Shown here piece by piece: positions 50,650 through 64,000 of a DNA stretch of 64,000 nucleotides. Made by a program: the position numbers and the translations under genes. Origin of the DNA: Octopus sinensis (taxonomy: Eukaryota). The stretch is taken from NCBI RefSeq assembly GCF_006345805.1, contig NC_042998.1, forward strand, positions 93,682,001-93,746,000, written 5' to 3'. Each line of letters starts with the position of its first letter. The first letter of the stretch is position 1. A model generated the notes under the pieces. That model did not search any database. It was given only the letters and a program-made list of their open reading frames with translations, and was not told the origin of the DNA.

Positions 50650-53600
50650 TTTAATCCAAACGGGAAACAAAAAAACAACAACAAAGGAACAATTACAGTA
50701 TTATTATTAATAGGCGCTCAGGAAATGGAAGCAGGGAGGTATGACGTTTCGAGCGGAGCTCTTCGTCGGAAACATAAAGAAGGAAGAGAGAGGAAAGAAA
50801 GATCCCAGAGCGGGCAACAGGGAAAGAGAAAAAAGACGACTGGTGTTTACGAGTTGCACATGGTGAAAGGCGGATGTTGACGATAACAAGAGCAAAGTGG
50901 GTTTTTAAGGCAAAAAAGAGGAGAGATAAGGTTGGTAACGCAACAGATGTGTGTGTATGTGTGAGTGTGTGTGTGTGCGTGTGTGTATGTGTGTGTGTGA
51001 GGCGAGATGAGAAAAAAACAAAAAATATATATGTGTGTGTGTTAGTGTGTGTGCGTCTGTGTGTAGGCGTGTGAGGTAGGGCGAGACTAGTGGTCAGCTT
51101 AGCAGACAAGGTCAGTCAGTAGTAAGAAAAAGAAGGAAGGAGGAAGGGAGGGAGGGGAAGGGGTGGGGGCGTATGTAGCGTGCCAGCGTGTGTTGAGTAG
51201 TAGTGTGTGTGTGTGTCCAGTGTCGTGGTGGTATTAATGGCGAGTAGATTGAATGTGTGTAAGAGTAATGTATATATTTAAGCAATGTGTGTATATGTGT
51301 GCGCGTGTGTGTAACGAAAAAGGGGGGGGGGTTAAGGAAAAGGGACTCCAGCTGAGGAGAAGATGGAAGAGTGGTCCCGCGGAGACGGGCGTGGGAAAAC
51401 CCAACGACACGCGATGGTCCCAGGAACGGGCGGGAGGTCTCGTCGGGTCCAAGAGCGAGGTGCCTGCGGCGCGTATGCGTGCGCGAACCGGCGCAAGCGC
51501 GTGCGTGCGCGCGCCTGCGAGTATGCGCGTAAGTATGTATGTGTGTGGATGTGTGAGTGTGTCTGTGTGTATGTCTGGGTGGCAGTGTATCCGATGAATG
51601 TATGTGAGTATGTGTGTATGTATGTGTGTGCATAGATGTATGTCCGTGTGTGTGTGTGTGTGTGTATGTGTGTGAGTGTGTATGTATGTACGTGTGTGGG
51701 TGTGGGGAAGTGTGTGTATGTGCATGTGTGTGCGCGTACATACAGGTGTGTGAGTGAGTGTGTGTGTGTGTATGTTGTGTGAGTGTGTATGTATGTGTGT
51801 GTAGGATGCATGTATGTGTATGGGTGTATGTATGCGTGTGTGTATGTATGTATGTGTACGTGCGTGTGTGTGTGTGTATGCGTGTGTAGGTGTGCGCGTG
51901 TGCATGCATGCATGCATGTGCGTATGTGTGTGTGTGTGCATGTGTGTGGGTATATATGTATGTGCGTATATGTGTGTGTATGTGCGTACATGTGTGTGTG
52001 TGTATGCATGTGTGTGTATGTAGGTGTGTAGGCGTGTGTGTATAGGTGTATGTATGAGTATGTATGGGTGTGTCCGTGTATGTGTGTATGTTATGTGTGT
52101 GTATGTAGGGTGTGGGCGTGTGTATAGTGTGTGTATGTAGGTTTGTGGGCGTGTGTAATAGGTGTATGTGTGTATGTCTGGGTGTGTCCGTGCATGTTTT
52201 GTGTGTGTGGTGTATGCATGTGTATGTGGTGTGTAGGTGTGTGTAGGGTGTTGTGTATGTGTGTGTATGCGTGTGTTTGGGTCGTGTGTTGCTGTGCGTT
52301 GTATGTATGTAGGGTGTGTTGTGTAGTGTGTGGTGTGGTAGTGTGTGGTGTGCGTGTGCGTAATTTGGTGTGTGTGTATATGTGAGTGTGGTTTAGGTGT
52401 GTGTGTGTTGTATGTGTGTGTATGCAGTGTATGGTGTGTGTGTATGCGTAGTGGGTGTGTGTGTAGGTGGTGTGTATGTGTGTGGGAGTAGTGTGTGTGC
52501 GTGTGCGTGTTTATGTTGTGTGTGCGTATGGAGTGTGAGTGTATGGGTGTTTGCATGTGCATGTGTGTGCCGTGCAGGTGAGTGTGTGTGTAAGTATGTG
52601 TGTGTGTATGTTTGTGTGAGTGTGTAGTGTGTATGTCTGTGTGTAGTAGTGCGTATATAGGAGTATGTGGGTATGTGTGTGTGTATGTATGGGTGTATGT
52701 ATGTATGTGTGTGTGTGTGCATGTGTATAAATATGTGTGTGTGCGTATGTGTGTATATGTGTATGTGTGTGTGTTTATGTATGTGTGTATGTAGTGTGTG
52801 TGTGTGGTAGATGTTGATGTAGGGTGTGTGTCCGTGTGTGTTTGTGTGTGTGTGTAGGTAGATGTGTGTGTCTGAGTGAGGGTATGGCTGTGTAGGTGTG
52901 TGTGTGTATACAAGTGTAATGTATGTATGTAGGTGTGTGTGTGTGTGTGTATGTGTACGTGTGCGTGTGTATGTGTGTGTGTGTATGCGTGTGAGTGTGA
53001 GTGTATGGGTGTATGTCTGTGTGTGTGTATGTCTGAAGTAGGTATGTATGTGTATGTATGTATGTGTGTGTGTGTGCAGGTATGTGTGTGTATGTGTGTG
53101 TGTGAGTAGGTGTGCGTGTATGTATGTGGGTAGGGATGCATGCGAGTGTGTGGGTATGTATGCATACATACGCACGCGCACATCCGAAGCAAGCCCACAC
53201 ACACGAAGCGCGCTCACGCACACAACGCACAAGCAGTACAACGCAAGCCCAAGGGGCCGACCAAGCCCCCAGCGCGCGCCAAGGCGCGCGAGCGCAAAGG
53301 CCCTCGAACGCCCCGCTACGCGGGAACCGAGGATCCATCAGCCAAAACCGGAAAGCAGAAAAGAGGGGGGGCTGCCTGGATGCAAGAAGGTGTATGTGTG
53401 TGTGCATTCAGTGTAAGGGTGTGCATGTGTGGGTATGTATGTATGTATGTGCCTACATGTATGTTTGCATGTGTGTGTGTGAAGTATGTACGTGCGGTGT
53501 GTGTGTGTGAGTGTGTGTGTATGTATGTGCGTATGTATGTGTGTGTGTATGTGTGTATGTATGTCTGTGTGTGTGTGTGTGTAAGTATGTATGTGTGTGC

Positions 53601-55605
53601 GTATGTATGTATGTGTGTGTGTATGTGCATGTTGGTTTGTATGTTAGTGTGTGTTAGTATGTCTGTAAGTGTGTGTGATTAAATGTGTGAATGTATGTAC
53701 GTAGATGGGTCTACGTATGTGTGTGTGTGAACAGGCGTGTGGGTGTGTGCGTGTGTGGGTGTGTGCGTGTGGGAGGTAGGTGGGTGGGTGTGTGTGGGTG
53801 GTGTGTCCACAAAAAAAAAAAAAAAAAAAAAACAGATCTCAAGAGGAGGGGGCTGTGTTAAGTCCGTGTGGGGTGGTAGTTTGTAGGGTGAAGATGTAGC
53901 GTTGCTCCAAGTGGAGCCTGGAAAGTGGGCGACCATGGTGGGGGGCGAGACCAAACACTGAGATGTCATCTAGGGAATGGCCGGCCGAGCGGAAGTGGCG
54001 TGCGACGGGAGAAAGAGAGTGTAGGCGAACGTCCCTCAAGTGTTCAGTGAAACGGTCGGACAACCGGCGTCCTGTCTGTCCCTACATACAGCATCCCGCA
54101 TAGGTTGCATTTAATGCAGTAAATAAGGCCAGACGAGGTGCACGTAAAAGAGTGCCTAATGCGTACAGTGTGCAGGTTGGAGCCGGTGACAGCGGTGTGT
54201 GTTGGTGATGAAGGGGCAAGTGTTGCAGCGGGATCTAGAGCAAAGGAATGATCCGTGTGGGGCTGAGGGGGAAGGAGAGAGGGTGCTGTGGACCAGGAGG
54301 TCACGCAGATTGCGGGCTCGTTTGAAAGAGGACAGGGGTAGGTTAGGGAAAATGGGGCGGGTGGTGGGATCAAGCTGGAGGCGACGGAAGGCACGTAGTA
54401 TCTTGCGACGAAGGGGTAGGGTAGAGGGGTGGAAAAGGAGGGGGAAGGGGGTGCGGTTGGGGGGTGGGGGGGGCGGGTGGGAGGGGGGGAAGGAGACGGC
54501 GGTAGGTGCGGTCGATGCGACGGGCGCGGGTGAGGGCATCAGAGAGGAGTATGGGTGGGTAACCTCGGAGTCTGAACATGCGGGCCAGGTATTGAGATTG
54601 GGTCTCGAAATCCTGGTCGCGGCTGCACAACGTCGGAGGCGGAGGAACTGGGAGTAGGGGATGGCTCTTTGGTGTGGAAGGGGTGGAGGAAGAGAAGTTG
54701 AGATAGAGGTGGGAATCCGTAGGTTTAAAAAAGGCGGTGGTGGTGAGAGAGCTGGAGGGTGATCGATGCGGAGAGAGATGTCAAGGAAGTTGACAGAGGT
54801 GTTGGAGATGGTGGAGGTGAATTGAAGAGAGGGGTGTGAAAGTTGGAAAGGAAAGAGATGAATTGGCAGAGAAGTTCACGGGAAAGGGAGGTGGCACCTA
54901 CGCAGTCGTCGATATAGCGACCGTATAGTTCGGGGGTCGGCCCAGAGAACTGGGAGAACACTTGGGCCTCAATGTAGCCAAGAAAGAGATTGGCGAAATT
55001 GGGGCCCATCCTAGTTCCCATCGCGACCCCGGACACATGTGGTACGTTTCCCCGGCGAACGTGTGAAGCAATTGAGGGTGAGGACGAGACTCAGCCAAAC
55101 GGAGAGAAGGGGTGGGGGTGCTGGGGGTGGGGTCGGGACGACGGTCGAGGAAGTGTTGGAGGGCTAGGAGGCCGTCATTGTGGGGAATCACTGTGTACAG
55201 GGATTTTACATCTAAAGTGAAGAGGAGGTGTGAGGGGCTGGAAGGGAAGGAAAAGGAAGTGAAGAGAAGAGATGGAGGGCGTGGTTGGTGTCGTGTATGT
55301 GGGATGGGAGGGCTGCGACTAAGGGGACAGGATGCGGTCGAGGTATAGGGAGATGAGTTCAGTGGGGCAATTACAGGCAGAGACTATGGGACGGCCAGGA
55401 TTAGAGGTTTATGGATCTTGGGAAGGAAGTAGATGGTGGAGGTGCGGGGTGTGTGCGGACGATGAGGTTGGTGGCGGTGAGGGGGGGGAGAGCGGAGGAG
55501 GAGATGAGGTCGTGGATGGTGGAGGACACTCGCTGTTGGTAGGATGAGGTGGGATCGGAGGGGTGGGGAGGCGATAGAAGAGGTGGATTTTGAAGCTGGT
55601 TGAGC
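50650..55605 (-). mobile_element. Neptune-type Penelope-like element (frameshifted RT + GIY-YIG, very long low-complexity 3' region)
   Basis: GVAMGTRMGPNFANLF and RYIDDC; CSRSRCNTC zinc linker; FTCTSSGLIYCIKCNLCGMLYVG and DRFTEH...PVARHF. Minimal hammerhead-like ccgacgaagagctccgctcgaaacgtc at 50769-50743(-). Confidence 0.88.
51530..53810. repeat. Cryptic, degenerate (GT)-rich low-complexity tract
   Basis: Read directly from sequence. It produces the spurious His/Thr and Val/Cys ORFs. Confidence 0.95.
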
Positions 55606-55620
55606 GCGCTTCCTATATTA

Positions 55621-56092
<472 letters not shown>

Positions 56093-56101
56093 ATACCAGA
56101 A

Positions 56102-56147
<46 letters not shown>

Positions 56148-57084
56148 AAAATATTTTAAACTCGTGAAGTATTAACTCTGCGGAACTGAAAGATTACCGC
56201 TACTACATCAACTTAACTCGAAAGTTTTAATAAAATATGTGATTAGGTTCCGAATAATTGTGAAATATAGAGATACAATAATTTTACGTTTTTTTTTTTC
56301 ATTTTTTCTTTTTTTACTTTTTCTCTCTCGTGTTCGCTGTAAATCGGGTATCTTTAAGGGTAAGATAGAAAACCCCTTCAACACAGGTCTGCACATGTAA
56401 AATCAAAGATAATTTAAAACACTCAGGATAATTGTCTGCAGGATGAAAAGCCCTGCATGGTTCCAGTTAATGACTCATTGTCGGCGGATTGAAAATTTAT
56501 CTGGCCAGAGATGTGACTGATGTTAGATAGATCCCGGATTACAGTAAATAACATTCTTTTATAGTATACTTTAAAAGAAAGAAAAAGAAGATATAAAGTC
56601 ATTTAATGTCCTTCTCGGCTTTTTATATTCCAAACCTTTGACACCTAGCTACGTTTCAATCATAAAGCATCCAACCTACTTTTAAGTTCTTATTTTCTTA
56701 TAACTTCAATTAAATATGCTTAATGGAGTGTAAACTGTTAGTGAAGGGCAAGCAAAGCAGTTTTCTTCTGATTATAAAACAGTGTACTACTTATAATCTT
56801 AAATCTTGATTAATGTGACTTTTTGTACGTTTTATAATTGAAAATTATCATTTCCATTCAGATAATTGAAAAAATTTTCGCAAAGTAGAGGAAATATAAT
56901 TTTTGTTTTTAGTGAATATGTAATTCTCTCGGCCATCACTCGCAAGTGAGTATGGCTTGGTTATATGTACCATGCTCTGTATAAAGTTTAGTGCCCCCCC
57001 CCACAAACACATACGAATATACTTCATATACTTACATACATTCTATATATATATATATATATAAGTAAGGAAAAATTTTTTTTT

Positions 57085-58165
57085 AAATGCACATGCGCTG
57101 GTTGCCAACATAATTATGTTGGACAAACGAGTCTCCCGTTACGTAAACGAGTAACGGTGCATAAAGAACAAATAAATCTCCCGGAATACCGACAAATTCC
57201 ACTGAGTGACCACTTAGACTCATGTGCTAAAGACTTAAACCCCAAATTCTATATATTCCCCTTACCAATGAAAGACGGGATCACCACACGGAGAGAATTA
57301 ACAAGGAGAATCTTTTATTGAAAAATTCCAAACACAACTTAATATGCAAACTCCTCGTTGATCAAACTTCCTTTCTCTACCTTACTCTTCATGGATGGAC
57401 TAACACAAATATATAAAGATACCATGCATTCATCACTTCAAGCTAAAACTTATATTCTTTAAATATCATTTTTACTATTGTTGTTATTACTATCATTTTT
57501 ATTAAAATGATATGACAATTTGAAATGCAATTGTCTATGCAGATATTTATATATTAGAAAATAATATAAATAAAGTGTTAAAATCTGAAAGTTAAGTTAA
57601 CAAGCAATGATATAAAAAAGATAACGCAAATAAAGCTAAAATGATAATTTTATAATTTGGGTTTTATTGAAGAACTCAAAAGAGTTGTCTCCCCTTACTC
57701 ACACACAGGAACTGAAGAACCAGAACCACAATTACTACTACTTCCTGTCCTGCAAACATGCTGAATAAAAAACACAACACATGCTCTTAATCCCTTTGGA
57801 TCTTAACACCTCAAGGTAATTTTTTCGTGAACAACCATAAAACTCAAGATACAAAACGAACTCACAATGTATCGGAGAACTTATTTTTTAATTTTTGTAC
57901 ATTTTTATCATTATTCTTTTACAAAAAACAATGCAATTTTCTTTTTTTCCCCTTTCTAATTTTTAAAAAAACTTTTTTAAAACATAAATATTCTTGACAA
58001 GTCATACAATGACGAAAACCGTTGAATAAATATATATTTATATATTTTATCAATTTCTCATTTTATTAAAATTTTCTTTCATTTGAGCATTCTGCATTTT
58101 TAAAAAAATTTTTCCTTACTTATCATTTCTCCACGTGCGGTCAACACAACCCCACCATTTATTGA
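57085..58165 (+). mobile_element. Penelope/Neptune 3' fragment (GIY-YIG plus pLTR)
   Basis: 57088 onward reads CTCAGCQHNYVGQTSLPLRKRVTVHKEQI...PLSDHLDSC. Hammerhead-like ttgacaagtcatacaatgacgaaaaccgttg near 57995-58024. Confidence 0.75.
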
Positions 58166-58209
58166 TCTATATATATATATTATATTATATATATATATTA
58201 TATATATTA

Positions 58210-58249
<40 letters not shown>

Positions 58250-58319
58250 TGAGGGAATATTATTCCTAACTTACAGGGAAAAATTCAATTTAGAAATACT
58301 AAATCAAATTTCACAAAAC

Positions 58320-58409
<90 letters not shown>

Positions 58410-58566
58410 TAAACAGTAAAAATAATTACAGACATGGACAAGAACATGAAACACCACAGAGACGATACAAGAACCACAGGACGGGACATTCGAAGCCCTC
58501 AGTCATCAGTCAAGAACCAGATCATCTTAGCAATTTCGGCTGATTAATCTTGATATATATATATAT

Positions 58567-58891
58567 AAATTAGAAAAAAACAACTTTTATCAATTCAAAA
58601 TGAACAATTAAATTACACCATCTAGAAAATTACATATAATAGAAATATTAGAATTAAAATAACAATAATATACCGAAGATTAATAAATTGCAAAAGGTAA
58701 TATATATAGCCCCGAAACACTTGTCGTTATTCTACCAAATATATACGTTTTTATTAATTTTTTTGCAATTTACTTAATCTTCGGTATATTATTGTTATTT
58801 TAATTTTAATATTTCTATTATATGTGATTTTCTAGATGGTGTAATGTAATTGTTCATTTTGAATTGATAAAAGGTGTTTTTTTTCTAATTT
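58567..58891. repeat. Fold-back inverted repeat (~130-bp arms, ~64-bp spacer)
   Basis: 58567-58696 is the reverse complement of 58761-58891 with few mismatches. Flanked by (TA)n. Confidence 0.88.
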
Positions 58892-58934
58892 ATATATATA
58901 TATATATACACACACATATATGTACACATATATA

Positions 58935-59344
58935 ATCCATGAATGGAATTTATGAATATTTTAATGCATCGCTAAGCGCGAGCCTCATGTTTCAAACGAT
59001 CACGCACCGAATTCCTGGGATGATTACACAATTCGGAGTATCCATTGATATCAGGTGGATCGACTTCATGCCGTCATTTCATCAGGCGGTATGGCATTAA
59101 AGTTGGAAGCAACGAATGTATAACGTAAAGGATGTTTATCAGTTTTCATCCTTCAATTATACATTCGTTGCTTCCAACTTTAATGCCATACCGCCTGATG
59201 AAACGAAGGCATGAAGTCAGATCCACCCGCTGTCAATGGATGCGACGGATTGTAGTGTTATCATCCCAGGAATACTATGATCGTAAGATTTGTGAAAACG
59301 TGCGGAGTGCTGCATTAAAATATTTATAAATTCCGTCCATGGAT
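58935..59344. repeat. Fold-back inverted repeat (~200-bp arms) containing CTGATGA
   Basis: atccatg...aaggatg pairs with catcctt...catggat. An inner ~46 bp is perfectly complementary. Confidence 0.88.
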
Positions 59345-60722
59345 AATTATTATTATTATTATTATTATTACTATGTTTATCCTACAGTATATCGGCACAG
59401 CTTGATACAACCCCATAAAACTGCTATTGCAAGTTGATATCATTAGGCTGCAGCCGACATAATAAAATAGCTTTTATATACGTTTCAGTAAACGAACTTA
59501 AAGGATGTGCGTATGTGTGTCCGCGCTTGTGTGTGTGTGTATCCCACTGCGAAGTGAACTTCTTAATCACAAGCCAACGCCCTTTAATCCACACAACGTT
59601 AACATTTCGCAAGAGAATGCTGTCTGGAGATTATTTAGTTAATCCCTGAACCTTTAATCCTTGGAAAGAGAACTAGAGCTATTGAAGCTTCATGAAAATG
59701 TTTCAAGAAGAATAAAGCTATTGGGAATCATCAGCTTAAATATACTTAAAAATTACTTCTAAAGAGTCTAAACGCGTAGTCTGAAAAAGACCAATTTGTT
59801 TAATTTGTACAACCAACTATTGTAGTGGCCTGAATTATCTGTCAGATAATAATGAAATCCACCTCCATTCAATGATATTTAACTAGTTATGCTCTTCATC
59901 AATATTCAAATATATTTCTCGTTGTGTTGAATGTAGGTAGATACGTTAGCCTTGGTCCAGTTCTGCGTGATGATTCCAAAGTACACAACTCTAATTGCTG
60001 ACGCACATTAGAATATTAACTACAGCGGGAATAGAATGTATAAGGTCAGCTGCCAGTAAAGTTGGATTAAGCTAAGTAATGTATCAGATGCCATACGAAA
60101 AATATTCCCAAAACATTAACACCCTCCTGTATCTACTAATGTTATTCAAACAGTTTATTTGAACAAATCAGATCTTTCTACAGAGAAAATGATCTTAAAA
60201 GTTTAGGTTTTTTCCGATACATTTCGTTCTATTTTTTTATATCACTTAACTTTTTTTTAGTTAATAAGTTTAATAACTAACCTGCATGTTACAAGCAACT
60301 ATATTTTCGACGTCATAAGCATTTTATTGCACGTCCTATGCTCAATATACCACCTCCAGTTTTTTTCATTCCTTTGTATGACAGGCTCTGTCTTCACTGG
60401 TCGCTGTTGATAATCCATATTACCTACCTAAGAATATGACCAAAAATATTTCTGAAAGTTGCCCATTTTCTGGAAGTCAAGTTCTCTGAATCTGAGATCA
60501 CCAATGGTACCACCAAAGATTTCATTTTAAGTAGTATGATTGATATCATCTTACCTTGATAATCAATTAGTTTCTCTTTAAACCTCTATAAATTATTTGT
60601 AATTTGATGAAAGAATGAGTTTAACAAGAATTCAAGTAGACTCGGAGTTTACAGTAAGGTTAAATATATTGTATTTTCCCTACATAAATAAATACATACA
60701 TACATACATACATACATACATA

Positions 60723-62027
60723 GTGTCCTGGAATAAACCTAGAAAATCTCTGTTATGGAATACTTTCATAAACACCAATTCAAGGAATACTGGTGGAATA
60801 TCCTGACGACTGGGATCTTCCACAGAAATAGTGATGTTGACAGGTACTACCTAAGAAGAAATGAAGGTGGTAGAGGCCTGAGATCAGTGCAGATGGCCTT
60901 CGAATGCCCTATGGTATCATTCAGGCAGCACCTGCTAAACAACAGCAACAAAAATAAACATATTAATGCAGTGCCGAAAAGTGAAGTGAGCAACGTTGTA
61001 CGAGTAGGCAGTGGACTCCTCAATAAACACTCTCTTCCTGATGATCTCCTATACAGCCCCAAAACAGCTGGGCTCTCTTACCTTAGAGAAGACCTGGATG
61101 GAAAGCATTTAGTATACAAAAAAATAAAAAAAGACCATGCATGGGTATGTTTCCCGGAAGCTTCAAGAAGACAGTAGAATTGACACGAAATGCAGCCTCT
61201 CTTGGACACAAGACCACAACATCATATAACACTTTGAAGGTTATGCATTTGCAATCCAGGAACAGGAGATTGTCACAAGGTACCTGGTGAACAAGAGAGA
61301 CAGAGGCGCTCTTGCAGTCCCAAAGTGCAACCACATGTGTAGGCTATGTCATGTTTCTGTGGAAGACATTACGCATGTGATTAGCAGCTGTCCTAAAATG
61401 TCACCACCTCCTTATGTGGCACGATGTTGTCGCTGAAACAATTTACAATGCCATCCGCAAAAAAGACTGTCCAGAAATAAACTTAGAAAACCCCTCTGTT
61501 AAGGAATGCATTCATAAGCACCAATTCAAGGAATACTGATGGAATATTCCCATCAAAACTTCTGTCAAACGTAAGCATAATAGGCCAGATATTGTTGTTT
61601 GGGACAAGGGGCAAAGGTATGTACCATCATAGAAGTTAGTTGCCCTGCACAAATAAATGTCCCGTTGAAAATCAAAGAAAAAGAGGACATCTATGGACAA
61701 CTGCTTCGAAACCTCCAGCTTCTATATCCAGACTATGAATTCATATTCATACCGTTATTAATTGGAGCACTAGGTTTTGTTAGCAAATGCTTAAAGGAGA
61801 ATCTGGATAAACTGGGATTTTCAGAACTAGAAAACGACCGACTAATTCCAACATTACAAGGGAAATCACTGAGTGGAACAGTAAAAATATGCAAGACTAT
61901 TCTCAAGTTCCAAATGTGAATTTATTCCAAATGTTTACTACATCCCAAAGATGGAGCTTTGTATCTTTGTTGGAAACCGGCTCCCTCCTTAGTGGAAGAT
62001 TTCTAATAATTAAAAAGTAGGACAGAC
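60723..62027 (+). mobile_element. R4/Dong-clade LINE, 5'-truncated, inserted in (TACA)n
   Basis: FHRNSDVDRYYLRRNEGGRGL, FEGYAFAIQEQEI, CRLC...HVISSC, RHD, HNRPDIVVWD and IIEVSCP. (TACA)n on both sides. Confidence 0.88.
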
Positions 62028-62067
62028 TACATACATACATACATACATACATACATACATACATACA

Positions 62068-62101
<34 letters not shown>

Positions 62102-62571
62102 CATACATACATACGTACATATATACATACATAGGTATATATATATATACATACATATAAATGTATGTATGTACGAATGTACTCAAACATAATAGATGAT
62201 ATGTCAGAATACATGGGTGTGTCCTGGACATCGACCGAACGGCGTTCTCAGGTATTAAAATGGATTCAGTGTTAGCTGTCTAAATCGTGTTTGTATGTTC
62301 ATTTATGTGTACACACAATCACATAGTCACACATATTTAGCCGAGGAAGAAGGTCGTACGAACGTGTCGAATCCAGTCTGTCGAAACCCCTCCCAACGTA
62401 TGTGTTATGTGTGTTATGTGAGTGTGTGTGTGTATGCGTGTGTGTGTTCGTGTATGTATATGTGTATGTATATATGTAGGTATATGTATATGTATGCATG
62501 TATCATCCTTTTATTCTTTTACTTATTTCAGTCATTTGATTATGACTATGCTGGAGCACCGCCTTAAACAC

Positions 62572-63700
<1,129 letters not shown>

Positions 63701-63711
63701 ATATATATATA

Positions 63712-63832
63712 ATCACGTGATGACGTGACCGACCAGTCCATCAGATGTAGTTACACATCGCTGGTCACAATGCGTTCGCATTGTTTTAGCCTTCGAATGA
63801 CGCCACCCTGCTGGCTAAGCGAGCAGGCCAAC
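63712..63832 (-). mobile_element. SINE family C, 3' fragment
   Basis: Reverse complement matches 9567-9690. Confidence 0.8.
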
Positions 63833-63876
63833 CTATATATATTATAAACATATGTGTGTGTATGTGTGCGTGCGTG

Positions 63877-63915
<39 letters not shown>

Positions 63916-64000
63916 GTGCGAGTGACCACGTGTGTATCGTTGGCGATTTTATTTCCTCCGTCTTCCCTTCCGTGGATCTTTCCTTTTTCTATGTTTCTGA

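Noticed and set aside
51234-53204. 656-aa His/Thr-rich ORF and overlapping Val/Cys ORFs
   Set aside because: Translation of a degenerate (CA)n tract that lacks stops by composition. No domain or splice evidence.

Overview
AT-rich eukaryotic DNA, intergenic or intronic, and almost all transposon-derived. Dense (TA)n, (GT)n, (GATA)n, (TACA)n and (TAA)n microsatellites plus the tRNA-derived SINE families suggest an octopus or other coleoid cephalopod (inference, not checked). I found no intact host protein-coding gene; most ORFs in the track are microsatellite artefacts. Recognisable elements: a deleted Gypsy-type LTR retrotransposon (2.3-5.3 kb), a CR1-like LINE 5' fragment (9.9-12.1 kb), four Penelope-like elements or fragments plus many pseudo-LTR (pLTR) remnants with hammerhead-ribozyme cores, two R4/Dong-like LINE ends sitting in different microsatellites, a mariner fragment, three non-autonomous Helitrons, several MITEs and four SINE families. 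Top finding: at 44.2-49.3 kb, a head-to-tail stack of ORF1-only (no endonuclease or RT) Tx1/L1-like retroelements. All are inserted at the same ~14-bp site in the tRNA head of a SINE, with an age gradient along the stack, an NRF1-like 5' motif and a covarying 3' hairpin. Second finding: recurring ORF-less fold-back palindromes built from Penelope ends, the best of which (32.4-32.8 kb) has a hammerhead core on each strand.
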